This document shows positions 10,106 through 18,992 of a DNA stretch of 19,682 bases, in pieces; within the stretch, counting starts at the first letter, position 1, and each line of letters begins with the position of its first letter. The DNA lies in assembly GCA_002780065.1 (NCBI GenBank), contig PEWQ01000203.1:1-19682 (forward strand), written 5' to 3'. The notes below the pieces were generated by a model. The model was not told where the DNA came from. It saw only the letters and a program-made list of their open reading frames with translations, and did no database searches. This DNA is from Candidatus Hydrogenedentes bacterium CG07_land_8_20_14_0_80_42_17 (GTDB lineage: Bacteria; UBA8481). The position numbers were made by a program, and so were the translations under genes.

Positions 10106-10164
10106 ACTGCGTTACCTATATTTAAAACGCGGGCTAAAGCCTGCGGCTGCCTTTTTTCGATTTA

Positions 10165-11703
10165 TTAAAGATAATTTTCTTTTATCCATTTTGCTCTCTC
10201 TGCAGATTCTTTTGAAAATCTTCCGCCTGAAAATTTTGATACAAGCTCATCATAATATTTCACAGCTTCTCCGAATCTTCTCATCTCGAGATTGCGGTCA
10301 TAGAGCCGAGCAATATCATATATCGCCTCCTCAACAGCAGGTTCATTTCCAAAGCCATTCACAATCTCTACATATTCAGAAACGGCTCTGTCATAAGCCT
10401 CGTGAATCTCTTTAGCATCCATTCTAGCCGCCATTCTTGCATCTCCGAGATCGCGATAATATTGAGCAATCCCCAACTTTGCATTGCTCATATTCGACGT
10501 ATCATTTTCACCAACAAAAGAACGCAAGTATTCCACGACAACAGCAGGAGAATCCTGCGGTATGCCACCCTTATAAAACTGTGAGCGGAGAATTCCATGC
10601 AATGAAACAGCCGAATGAAACTGAGCGTCTTTTATCAAATCAGTATTCTTAGACTCTAAAACTAATTCCCGAAATTGTTTAGTAGCATGGTCATAATCGT
10701 TTATTGCGTTATCAATAGCTTCAGCTTCATTTGCTCCGGCAGATCTTCTCAAGTCTCTCTGCTTAAACGATTCCTGTTCGTACCATACTCCGCGCCTTTC
10801 ATACGCTAATCCAATTCTGAAAGAAACTAAATCGCGCAGAGTCGAACGTGGATACGTCTTCAAAAATTCTTCATACTGTTCAATCGACTGAGAATAAAGT
10901 CCTCGATTGAAAAGATCTTCAGCTAGAGAAAAAAGCTGAAGCTCACCGGGCTTCGTTGTCCCCTCAATAAATAGCGAGGTATCAGGCTGGCGGGTCGAGC
11001 CTCTAGGCACTGCTCGCTCTGAGACACGCACTGGAGGATTTGAAACAGTAATTGTAGAAATTGTTTTTGTCTCTGCGGGCACAGACTGCAGCAATATTGA
11101 AGGTTCATAGGTTGAACTTTTTTCAGGCTCTAGAAAATTTTTTAAAGGCGGGGTCAGTAAAGGTAAAGGTTTCGGAGGTATAGCTATCGGTTCAGGGTAA
11201 GCAGTCGGATTTTCATTGTTAGTGACTTCTTCAGAAGAATTATTTAGCTCAGAGCGCTCATCTTCCTTCTCAGAAATAATTACAGCATGAGCCGCAGGGA
11301 GCGAGCCGACATTTGTTGCAACTGAAGGCAATGGCAGTGGCGGCAAAGCAGAATCCGTTCTGCGCGTCAATTCGCTTTGAACCCTATTCTCAGATACTGC
11401 TGACTTTTCCACTGTAAGAGCAGGTTTCGGCTCAACTAACAACACCAACCTTCCTAAATGTTCTCTTACAACCTCAAGATGTCGAGTTGCCGAATCAGGC
11501 AATAATATCTCAACAAAGTTGCCGTAATTTTTTTTAACTATCGAAGTGTCGCCTGTTAAATTCAAAACTGAATCATCGAGCGAAATTCTTTCGGTTTTTC
11601 CGACTTCTAAAGTAATCTTGCGATATTCTGTCCACGATAAAGCATAAGCAGAAACCACCAGAACCGCAGCACCGGCAAATGAAACCAATATTCTCGTCAG
11701 CAT
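10165..11703 (-). CDS. Hypothetical membrane-anchored protein: N-terminal TM, Pro-rich linker, C-terminal TPR-like helical domain
   Basis: 512 aa. TM at residues 5-23. PPLPLPS...PEPIAIPPKPLPLLTPPLK linker. C-terminal half rich in Y/A/L amphipathic repeats (TPR-like). The ATG overlaps the maf stop (ATGCTGA). Confidence 0.75.
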   Translation of the reverse strand: MLTRILVSFAGAAVLVVSAYALSWTEYRKITLEVGKTERISLDDSVLNLTGDTSIVKKNYGNFVEILLPDSATRHLEVVREHLGRLVLLVEPKPALTVEKSAVSENRVQSELTRRTDSALPPLPLPSVATNVGSLPAAHAVIISEKEDERSELNNSSEEVTNNENPTAYPEPIAIPPKPLPLLTPPLKNFLEPEKSSTYEPSILLQSVPAETKTISTITVSNPPVRVSERAVPRGSTRQPDTSLFIEGTTKPGELQLFSLAEDLFNRGLYSQSIEQYEEFLKTYPRSTLRDLVSFRIGLAYERRGVWYEQESFKQRDLRRSAGANEAEAIDNAINDYDHATKQFRELVLESKNTDLIKDAQFHSAVSLHGILRSQFYKGGIPQDSPAVVVEYLRSFVGENDTSNMSNAKLGIAQYYRDLGDARMAARMDAKEIHEAYDRAVSEYVEIVNGFGNEPAVEEAIYDIARLYDRNLEMRRFGEAVKYYDELVSKFSGGRFSKESAERAKWIKENYL

Positions 11704-12305
11704 GGCTTCATTTTATCCTCAATTTCATTCAGCATCTTCATAACTATTCTTATCGGCAAACCAATAACAGTTTGAGAATCACCTTTTACTGATTTAATCA
11801 ATTTTCTACCGAAACCCTGATATGCGTAAGCGCCTGCCTTGTCGTCGCCTTCACCTGTATCTACATATTCCGAGATATCTTCAGAAGACAATTTTTTGAA
11901 CTCAACTGAGGCGGAAGCGACTTCAGATAATTTAATCTCATGAAAAAACATTGCAAGTCCGGTATGAACAAAGTGAACTTTTCCTGAAAGCATTTCGATC
12001 ATTTTTCTTGATTCATTTCTATCGCGAGGTTGTCCCAAAAGTTTTCCATCTTCTGATACCACCAAAGTATCGGCAGCGAGGACTACTTCGTTTTCATTGC
12101 GCAACGACAATTCAGCCTTAGCAATAGCTGTTCTTCTGACAACTTCACGCGCAGATTCAAATGGAGATCTGGAATCAAAAATATTGTTAAGGGAGTCTTC
12201 ATCTATTTGCACCGGCCGAACAATAAAATCCAAACCATTCGCCTTAAGAAGTTCACTTCGGCGTGGAGAAGAAGAAGCCAAAACCAAAATAAGTTTTTCA
12301 CTCAT
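11697..12305 (-). CDS. maf: Maf-like nucleoside triphosphate pyrophosphatase
   Basis: LILVLASSSPRRSELL, ADTLVV, GKLLGQPRDRNES, AGAYAYQG. About 200 aa. Confidence 0.9.
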   Translation of the reverse strand: MSEKLILVLASSSPRRSELLKANGLDFIVRPVQIDEDSLNNIFDSRSPFESAREVVRRTAIAKAELSLRNENEVVLAADTLVVSEDGKLLGQPRDRNESRKMIEMLSGKVHFVHTGLAMFFHEIKLSEVASASVEFKKLSSEDISEYVDTGEGDDKAGAYAYQGFGRKLIKSVKGDSQTVIGLPIRIVMKMLNEIEDKMKPC

Positions 12306-12313
12306 AGTGTAAG

Positions 12314-12332
12314 CCCTCTCGTTGGAAGAGGG
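12314..12332 (-). promoter_or_regulatory. Intercistronic hairpin CCCTCT-N7-AGAGGG that sequesters the maf Shine-Dalgarno site
   Basis: On the minus strand the sequence is TGA(nadB)-UCUUUUUU-CCCUCU-UCCAACG-AGAGGG-CUUACACU-AUG(maf). The 3' arm AGAGGG is the only SD-like sequence, 8 nt before the ATG. Confidence 0.3.
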
Positions 12333-12342
12333 AAAAAAGAGA

Positions 12343-13911
12343 TCACTTCCAAATCATAGGTCTAGGCACTTTATTGATGAGTTCAGTGTTGGTTCCAGGA
12401 AATTCCAATCCAACCTGCGGATATCCTTCCAGAAAATGGAGTCCCCGCGATTCTTTTCTCTTCAATGCCGAGCGCACAATCAATTCCGCGCAAAGCGCTA
12501 TATTCGACAATTCAAGCAATTCTCTGCGCGAGCTGAAGGCATCTACAAGTCTTTGAATACCATTTCGAATTGCGGTCAATTCAAATGCCGTCTTCTGAAG
12601 CACGTCAATATTTCTGAATACGCCCACGTTCTGAGACATAATCAAGTTCAATCTCTCACTGTATAAATCTGTCATGCCACAAGGCGGTTTCGAATTTATA
12701 TCACCTACAACTTCATCTTCAAAAACTTTTATGTCAGGTTCTTCGCGAGCAGATTGAGCACCGCGATAAGCAAAGACTAGAGCTTCCAAAAGAGAATTTG
12801 AAGCGAGCCGATTTGCTCCGTGCAGTCCATGGCTAGCAGTTTCTCCGATAGAATAAAGTCCCGGCACAGTTGTTCGAGCAAAGAGATCGGTTTTCAATCC
12901 GCCGCAGGAATAATGCGCCGCAGGAACCACAGGAATAGGTTCCTTGTCGATCTCAACTCCATGAAGAAGACAAGTCGAATATATCGTAGGAAAACGTCTG
13001 CGCAAAAATTCAGAACCTAATTGACTTACATTAAGAAGCACATGAGGATCGCCAGTGCGCTTCAGCTCAATAGAAATCGCCCTAGCAACAACATCTCTCG
13101 GAGCAAGATCTAGCATTTCAGGATCATATTTTTTCATAAAGCGTTCACCGGATATCGTAGTCAAATATCCGCCTTCTCCTCGAACAGCTTCAGAAATCAA
13201 AAACGAACTCGCACCAGGCCTCGCCAAAGCTGTCGGATGAAATTGAATAAACTCCATGTCTCTGACAACCGCGCCTGCCCTATAACCAATCGCAACCCCA
13301 TCTCCGGTAGCAATCTCCGGATTCGTCGTATAACGAAAAACTCTGCCCAATCCGCCGGTCGAAAGGCAGACAAGATTTGCCGACATCCTTATCAATTTTC
13401 CTTCCGGATCAAGCACAAGAACTCCTGCAACTCTTCCTTCTCTCATTATCAAATCCACAGCAAAATGGTATTGCATGACAGTTATGTTCGGATGCTTCTC
13501 AACAGCATTCAATAAAATGCGTTCAATCTCTCTTCCTGTTTTGTCTGCACAATGAACAACACGTTTTCGACAATGTCCGCCTTCGCGCCCCATAACCAAT
13601 TTTCCATTGCTGTCAAATTCGAACTGAGCTCCAAGCTCAATAAGTTCTTTCACACGCGCCGGGCCCTCAGTCACAACAGTTCTTACTGCTTCAGGGTCTG
13701 CAATGCCTCCGCCTGTCTTCATTGTATCCTGAATGTGAAGGTCTAAAGAATCATCTTCGCCTAACACTACTGCCACTCCGCCCTGAGCGTAATTAGTGTT
13801 AGATTCCACAGCTTCCTTTTTAGTCAATAATAAAACCGAACGATGTTCAGCAAGAAAAAGAGAAAACCTGAGTCCTGAAATTCCACTTCCTACAACTATA
13901 GCTCTATTCAT
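12343..13911 (-). CDS. nadB: L-aspartate oxidase
   Basis: 522 aa. VVGSGISGL FAD motif, GGxxxD, RGEGG, HGANRLASNSLLE. Typical of NadB rather than SdhA (no capping-domain extension). Confidence 0.88.
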   Translation of the reverse strand: MNRAIVVGSGISGLRFSLFLAEHRSVLLLTKKEAVESNTNYAQGGVAVVLGEDDSLDLHIQDTMKTGGGIADPEAVRTVVTEGPARVKELIELGAQFEFDSNGKLVMGREGGHCRKRVVHCADKTGREIERILLNAVEKHPNITVMQYHFAVDLIMREGRVAGVLVLDPEGKLIRMSANLVCLSTGGLGRVFRYTTNPEIATGDGVAIGYRAGAVVRDMEFIQFHPTALARPGASSFLISEAVRGEGGYLTTISGERFMKKYDPEMLDLAPRDVVARAISIELKRTGDPHVLLNVSQLGSEFLRRRFPTIYSTCLLHGVEIDKEPIPVVPAAHYSCGGLKTDLFARTTVPGLYSIGETASHGLHGANRLASNSLLEALVFAYRGAQSAREEPDIKVFEDEVVGDINSKPPCGMTDLYSERLNLIMSQNVGVFRNIDVLQKTAFELTAIRNGIQRLVDAFSSRRELLELSNIALCAELIVRSALKRKESRGLHFLEGYPQVGLEFPGTNTELINKVPRPMIWK

Positions 13912-13951
13912 AGAAAAAAGTTTACTCCAATATTTTTACTTTGCAACAAAA

Positions 13952-14902
13952 TTAACTTTGTTCCCAGTTCCATGCGGACAGAATTATTTTTCTGATATCT
14001 TTTCGAGGTTTCCACTTCAAAATTTGAAATGCTCTGTCAAAAGAAGCGACAAGTTTCGGAGGATCACCTGCTCTTCGAGTTCCAATAAGCATCGGAACTT
14101 TCGTTCCTGTAATCTCTTCAATCAGGTCAAGCACATCTTTTACGCTATTTCCGCTTCCTGTTCCTAAATTTACGACTCCCGACTCTTTTGAAAGAATCGC
14201 CGCAACATGAGCTTCAGCAAGATCATCGACATGAACATAATCTCTGATAGGAGTGCCGTCTGGAGTAGGATGGTCAGTGCCGAAGATTGTCAAAGGATTT
14301 CCAGAACCCATCACTGCCTTCAGAGCCAACGGAATCAAATGAGTTTCAGGATTGTGTTTCTCCCCTATTTTGCCGTCTTCGGCCGCGCCCGCCGCATTAA
14401 AATATCTTAGAGCCATCCATGAATATTTTTGATTTGAACATGCACGCAAGCAATTTTCCATAATAAGTTTCGTCTCTCCGTAAATCGAAACCGGCGCGCA
14501 TTCATCTTCTTCATGAATAACATCTTTTTTCGCCAGGCCATAAACCGCCGCCGAAGACGAAACGACTATTCTCTTCACTCCAGCCGCAGAGATCGCGGAG
14601 AGCAGAGAAACGGATCCGCCAACATTTACCGAATAATATTTCAGTGGAATTCTTGAATCTTCACCTATATTCGAGAGCGCGGCAAAATGTATGACGCCTT
14701 CGATTTTTTCTCTCACAAGAACCTCAGTAATAAATTCCGTATCAAGTATGCTCCGCTCAAAAAATTTAATTCCCTCTGGAATAAATTCTCTGTGGCCGCG
14801 CGAAAGATCATCGAGCACTATCGGTTCAAGACCGTGTTCAATCAGCGCACGCACTGTATGACTGCCGATGTATCCGGCTCCGCCTGTGACTAAAATTCTC
14901 AT
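13952..14902 (-). CDS. galE: UDP-glucose 4-epimerase
   Basis: MRILVTGGAGYIGSH, YxxxK context, C-terminal WNWEQS. Start chosen at ATG 14900-14902 (GGAG 8 nt upstream), not the track's 14932. Confidence 0.9.
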   Translation of the reverse strand: MRILVTGGAGYIGSHTVRALIEHGLEPIVLDDLSRGHREFIPEGIKFFERSILDTEFITEVLVREKIEGVIHFAALSNIGEDSRIPLKYYSVNVGGSVSLLSAISAAGVKRIVVSSSAAVYGLAKKDVIHEEDECAPVSIYGETKLIMENCLRACSNQKYSWMALRYFNAAGAAEDGKIGEKHNPETHLIPLALKAVMGSGNPLTIFGTDHPTPDGTPIRDYVHVDDLAEAHVAAILSKESGVVNLGTGSGNSVKDVLDLIEEITGTKVPMLIGTRRAGDPPKLVASFDRAFQILKWKPRKDIRKIILSAWNWEQS

Positions 14903-14986
14903 AATTGACTCCGAGTGAATTCTACAGTTCAATAAGGCTCATGATAAGTATTCGTTTTATGTTTTTTTATAGAACCGCAGAAGTGT

Positions 14987-16033
14987 ATGAAAAATTCATC
15001 TGAGCTATTATATTCAATCGCGCTAAATTTATTAGAAAATTCGCCGCTCCAGATACGAAAATATATCGATGCATTCGGTTCTCCTAAATCAGCATTAAAT
15101 AATTATTGCGGAGGGAAATTTTCTAAAGTTGAAATCGAATCCGCTTTGAACCGTGCTAAAGCAGAGCTCGAATCGGCTCATTCAAAAGATATCGCAATTT
15201 TATGCGAGTCATCTCCGTCATATCCAAAATTATTGCGAGAGATTCCTGACCGGCCAATAGTTCTCTACGTAAAAGGCAAATTACCTGATGCTCCGTCTAT
15301 CGCAATAGTCGGCTCCAGAAAAGCTGATGCCTATTGCATGAGTACCGCAGAAAAAATCAGTAAAGAACTTTCAGAAGCCGGCTTCGCTATTATTTCAGGG
15401 CTTGCCTACGGAGTCGATGCGGCGGCTCACAAAAGCTCAGTCGCTTCAAAAGGCAAGACCGTTGCAGTTTTAGGTTCAGGACTTTGCGACATTTATCCGC
15501 GTGAACACCAATTGCTTGCAAAAAAAATAATCGAATCTGATGGAGCTATTGTTTCTGAATTTGCGCTTCTTGCAGGGCCCGAGCGCCAAAACTTTCCAAA
15601 ACGCAACAGGATCATTGCAGGCATAAGTTTAGGAGTTATTGTTGTCGCGGCGGCAAAACGCTCTGGAGCGCTCATTACGGCGCGATTAGCAATGGAATAC
15701 AATCGAAATGTCTGGGCGGTTCCGCACAGATTTGGTGATGAATTGGGTGAAGGCGTCATAGGACTGATGAGAGACGGAGCAACAGTAATATCTAAGTCAT
15801 CGGATATTCTCGAAGATTTGGCTTTGCAAATGGACATAAGCTCATTCAAAAAAACAGCCCCGAATTCCAAAGACGAAGTCCTAACCTCTATCAATGCTGA
15901 CGGTTCAACTCTCGATGAAATAGCTCTCAAAACCGGATTGGAGCGAAAAATACTTTATCAACGAATTCTTCAACTTGAGCTGGAAGGAAAAATCATTTCA
16001 ATTCCCGGCGGGTTATACAGACTGACATGTTAA
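14987..16033 (+). CDS. dprA: DNA processing protein A (DprA/Smf)
   Basis: IAIVGSRKA...ISGLAYGVDAAAHK...VAVLGSGL...AAAKRSGALITA Rossmann-like DprA core plus C-terminal winged-helix-like tail. Confidence 0.9.
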   Translation: MKNSSELLYSIALNLLENSPLQIRKYIDAFGSPKSALNNYCGGKFSKVEIESALNRAKAELESAHSKDIAILCESSPSYPKLLREIPDRPIVLYVKGKLPDAPSIAIVGSRKADAYCMSTAEKISKELSEAGFAIISGLAYGVDAAAHKSSVASKGKTVAVLGSGLCDIYPREHQLLAKKIIESDGAIVSEFALLAGPERQNFPKRNRIIAGISLGVIVVAAAKRSGALITARLAMEYNRNVWAVPHRFGDELGEGVIGLMRDGATVISKSSDILEDLALQMDISSFKKTAPNSKDEVLTSINADGSTLDEIALKTGLERKILYQRILQLELEGKIISIPGGLYRLTC

Positions 16034-16123
16034 ATAAAAAAATTATTAATAATGTATCCAATTTTTTTCTCTGTGATAAAATTTCGCCTTGCAATTTAAT
16101 AATATTAAATTCATGGTGATGCT

Positions 16124-16585
16124 ATGATTGAAGATAAAAAAATAAAAATAATGTCCAAAATTGCGGAGATGATGCTGTTATCCGAAAATGAATTAAGTTC
16201 TGAAAAAGATATTACAGCAAAACTCCTTTCGCACGGATTTACTTTGAACGAAATTAATGAAGCATTAGAACTCATATCAAAAAGTATCGGTTCCACGATG
16301 ATAAAAAAAGCAGTGCATAAAACTAGTCTTCCTCCAATTTCCTATAAAGGAATTTCCAGAATGGAAGAAATTAAAATGACTGAGGGAGCAATCACACTGT
16401 TTAGTGAATGGAAAAAATTAAAACTTTTTTCAGAAAAAGAAGAGGAGAATATTTTTATGTTGATACTAAATGCTGATGTCGGTGCTGTCGATGTCGAAGA
16501 GCTCTGGGATATTGCAAAGGAGAGCGCCGAATTCGGCTCCAAACTTTTCCTCCATGTTTCAACTCGATTTGCAGCGGTGCAGTGA
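16124..16585 (+). CDS. smg: Smg-like protein (DUF494)
   Basis: 153-aa acidic helical protein. It has a GF-x4-EI-x2-AL-x2-L motif and a positional equivalent of the E. coli smf-smg pair. Stop TGA lies 1 nt before the topA ATG. Confidence 0.6.
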   Translation: MIEDKKIKIMSKIAEMMLLSENELSSEKDITAKLLSHGFTLNEINEALELISKSIGSTMIKKAVHKTSLPPISYKGISRMEEIKMTEGAITLFSEWKKLKLFSEKEEENIFMLILNADVGAVDVEELWDIAKESAEFGSKLFLHVSTRFAAVQ

Positions 16586-16586
16586 A

Positions 16587-18989
16587 ATGGCTTCAAATCT
16601 AGTCATCGTCGAATCGCCCGCAAAAGCCCGCTCGATTCAGAAATATCTTGGAAAAAATTACGAAGTAATAGCCTCAATGGGGCACATCATGGATTTGCCG
16701 AAAAAGGAAGGAATAGCCATTGAGAAAGTCGGTTCGAAATGGGTCTTCACACCTCGAATCGAGAAAATTAAAGGCAAAGACAAAACAATAAAAATCATAA
16801 AGGCATCTTCAAAAAAATCCGAGCATATATTTTTAGCAACCGACCCTGACCGCGAAGGTGAAGTAATTGCATATCATATTTCAAATATTCTGGACACAAA
16901 AAGTAATGTAAAACGAGTTATGTTCCACGAAATTACTCCTGCCGCTGTTAGAGCCGCATTCGAGGAGCCAAAAGAAATAGATATCAAACTTGTAGAATCG
17001 CAACAGGCAAGGCGAGTGCTAGACAGAATAGTCGGTTTCGATGTTTCTCAACTGCTTTGGGATAAAGTTGCCAGAGGACTTTCAGCGGGAAGAGTTCAAT
17101 CGGTCTCATTGAGAATGATTGTTGAACGCGAGCGGGAAATAAGACGCTTCGTTCCGGTAGAGTCGTGGACTATTCATGCTATTATGGAAAAAGACGGAGT
17201 GGTATTTGAGGCTCAACTCGCAAGTATTGGTAAGAATAAACCGAAACTTCCGAATCAAGAATCCTCTGCTCAAATTTTAACTCAGCTCAAAGGAAAAATA
17301 CTTACTGTATCAAACGTAGAAAAGTCCGAAAAAAAACGTTACGCTCAGCCTCCATTTATAACTTCAACTCTTCAGCAAGAAGCGGCAAGAAGGCTAGGTT
17401 ATCCTGTTTCATTCACAATGAAGCTTGCACAATCGCTTTATGAAGGCATCGACCTTGGCGAAGAAGGACCTACAGGTTTGATAACATACATGAGAACGGA
17501 TTCTGTCCGCGTATCGGAGGCCGCAATTCTCGATGCGAGAAAACATATCGAAACAAAATTAGGAAAAGATTTTCTGTCCCGCGAACCAATTAGATATCGA
17601 ACCAGTAAATCTGCTCAGGATGCCCACGAAGCCATTCGACCGACTTCAGTTTTAAGAACGCCGTCATCAGTCTCTAAATATCTCGATAAAAAAGCGCTAG
17701 CTTTATACAAACTAATATGGAACAGGTTTGTCGCAAGCCAATGCTCAGCGGCAATATATGAGAGCATCGGAGTCGATCTTTCTGCTGATGATTTTATTTT
17801 TAGAGCTACAGGTTCAAGACTTCTCTTTCAAGGATTTTTGAAGGTTTATTCCGATGTAGAAAGCGAAGATAAAAATTTCGAAGCAAATGAATCAATTGAT
17901 TCTAAACTTCCAAATTTAAAAGTTGGAGATCAGCCTTCGCTCGAAAAATTTGAGCCGCGTCAGCATTTCACTCAACCTCCGGCGCGTTTTTCAGAAGCAA
18001 TGCTGGTTAAATCTTTGGAAGAAAAAGGAATTGGCAGACCTAGCACGTATGCAAGTATTATTTCCACGTTGAAAGACAGACATTATACCTTTATTGAAAA
18101 ACGCAGACTTGTTCCAACCGACCTCGGCATGTCAGTATCCGATCTTCTAGTAAAAGCTTTTCCTGATATTTTCAATTTCGGATTTACTGCCGAAATGGAA
18201 ACAGAGCTGGATGAAATTGAAGAAGGCTCTATCGATTGGCAAAAAGTATTGAATAATTTTTATTCGGAATTTTTGAAGGACATGGCAAACGCAAACAAGC
18301 AAATGCCAAATCTTAAAATCGGAATACCCACCAAATACAAATGTCCAAGCTGTAAAGCAACTTTAAATCTACGTTACGGCAAAAATGGAAGATTTCTTGC
18401 TTGTTCCTCATATCCAGACTGCAATACCACATTCGAAGTTGAAGAAGATAATAACGGAGAATTAAAAAAACTCGATACTCCTAAATTCGAAGCAAAATGT
18501 CCGAAATGCGGCTCAGAAATGCTTTTCAAGCGTTCGAGACTCGGCGCGTTTCTAGCCTGCGGAAAATATCCTGCATGCCGAGGACTCATTCCTCTGAAAA
18601 AAATCGAGAATAACAACTACGAGATTGTCGAGCCCGAAAAGACCGAAAGAAAATGTCCTGAATGCGGAGGAGCAATGGAAGTAAAGCAATCTAGATTCGG
18701 ACGTTTTCTAGCCTGCGAAAAGTATCCTGAATGTAAGGGTGCATTGCCTTACTTCATAAACGTACCGTGTCCTAGAGAAGGATGCAAAGGCGAATTGCGG
18801 GAGCGTGTTGCTAAAAAAGGTGTTTATTACACCTGTTCAGCTTATCCCGAATGCAAATACAGAAGCAACGTAAGACCGGTAGCGGTAATCTGCCCTGAAT
18901 GCTCATCGCCGGCAATGATACCAGAAAAAGACGGCACACTGAAATGTGCCCGTTCGGATTGCAAAGGAATAATAGAAAGAAAACAGTGA
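16587..18989 (+). CDS. topA: DNA topoisomerase I with five C-terminal C4 zinc ribbons
   Basis: LVIVESPAKA, TDPDREGE, catalytic-Tyr region LITYMRTDS, GIGRPSTYA, then five CxxC-x14-20-CxxC modules. Start taken at ATG 16587 (the track's 16470 start overlaps smg). Confidence 0.95.
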   Translation: MASNLVIVESPAKARSIQKYLGKNYEVIASMGHIMDLPKKEGIAIEKVGSKWVFTPRIEKIKGKDKTIKIIKASSKKSEHIFLATDPDREGEVIAYHISNILDTKSNVKRVMFHEITPAAVRAAFEEPKEIDIKLVESQQARRVLDRIVGFDVSQLLWDKVARGLSAGRVQSVSLRMIVEREREIRRFVPVESWTIHAIMEKDGVVFEAQLASIGKNKPKLPNQESSAQILTQLKGKILTVSNVEKSEKKRYAQPPFITSTLQQEAARRLGYPVSFTMKLAQSLYEGIDLGEEGPTGLITYMRTDSVRVSEAAILDARKHIETKLGKDFLSREPIRYRTSKSAQDAHEAIRPTSVLRTPSSVSKYLDKKALALYKLIWNRFVASQCSAAIYESIGVDLSADDFIFRATGSRLLFQGFLKVYSDVESEDKNFEANESIDSKLPNLKVGDQPSLEKFEPRQHFTQPPARFSEAMLVKSLEEKGIGRPSTYASIISTLKDRHYTFIEKRRLVPTDLGMSVSDLLVKAFPDIFNFGFTAEMETELDEIEEGSIDWQKVLNNFYSEFLKDMANANKQMPNLKIGIPTKYKCPSCKATLNLRYGKNGRFLACSSYPDCNTTFEVEEDNNGELKKLDTPKFEAKCPKCGSEMLFKRSRLGAFLACGKYPACRGLIPLKKIENNNYEIVEPEKTERKCPECGGAMEVKQSRFGRFLACEKYPECKGALPYFINVPCPREGCKGELRERVAKKGVYYTCSAYPECKYRSNVRPVAVICPECSSPAMIPEKDGTLKCARSDCKGIIERKQ

Positions 18990-18992
18990 TTA

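Noticed and set aside
10128-10158. Hairpin GCGGGCT-aa-AGCCTGC plus T6 between the TPR gene and GT9
   Set aside because: The T-run follows the hairpin on the plus strand, where nothing is transcribed upstream. On the coding (minus) strand it is preceded, not followed, by the U-run, so it is not a canonical terminator.
16470-16586. N-terminal 39-aa extension of topA from the ORF track (start 16470)
   Set aside because: It overlaps smg in another frame and carries no topoisomerase sequence. ATG 16587 immediately after the smg stop gives the canonical MASNLVIVESPAKA start.
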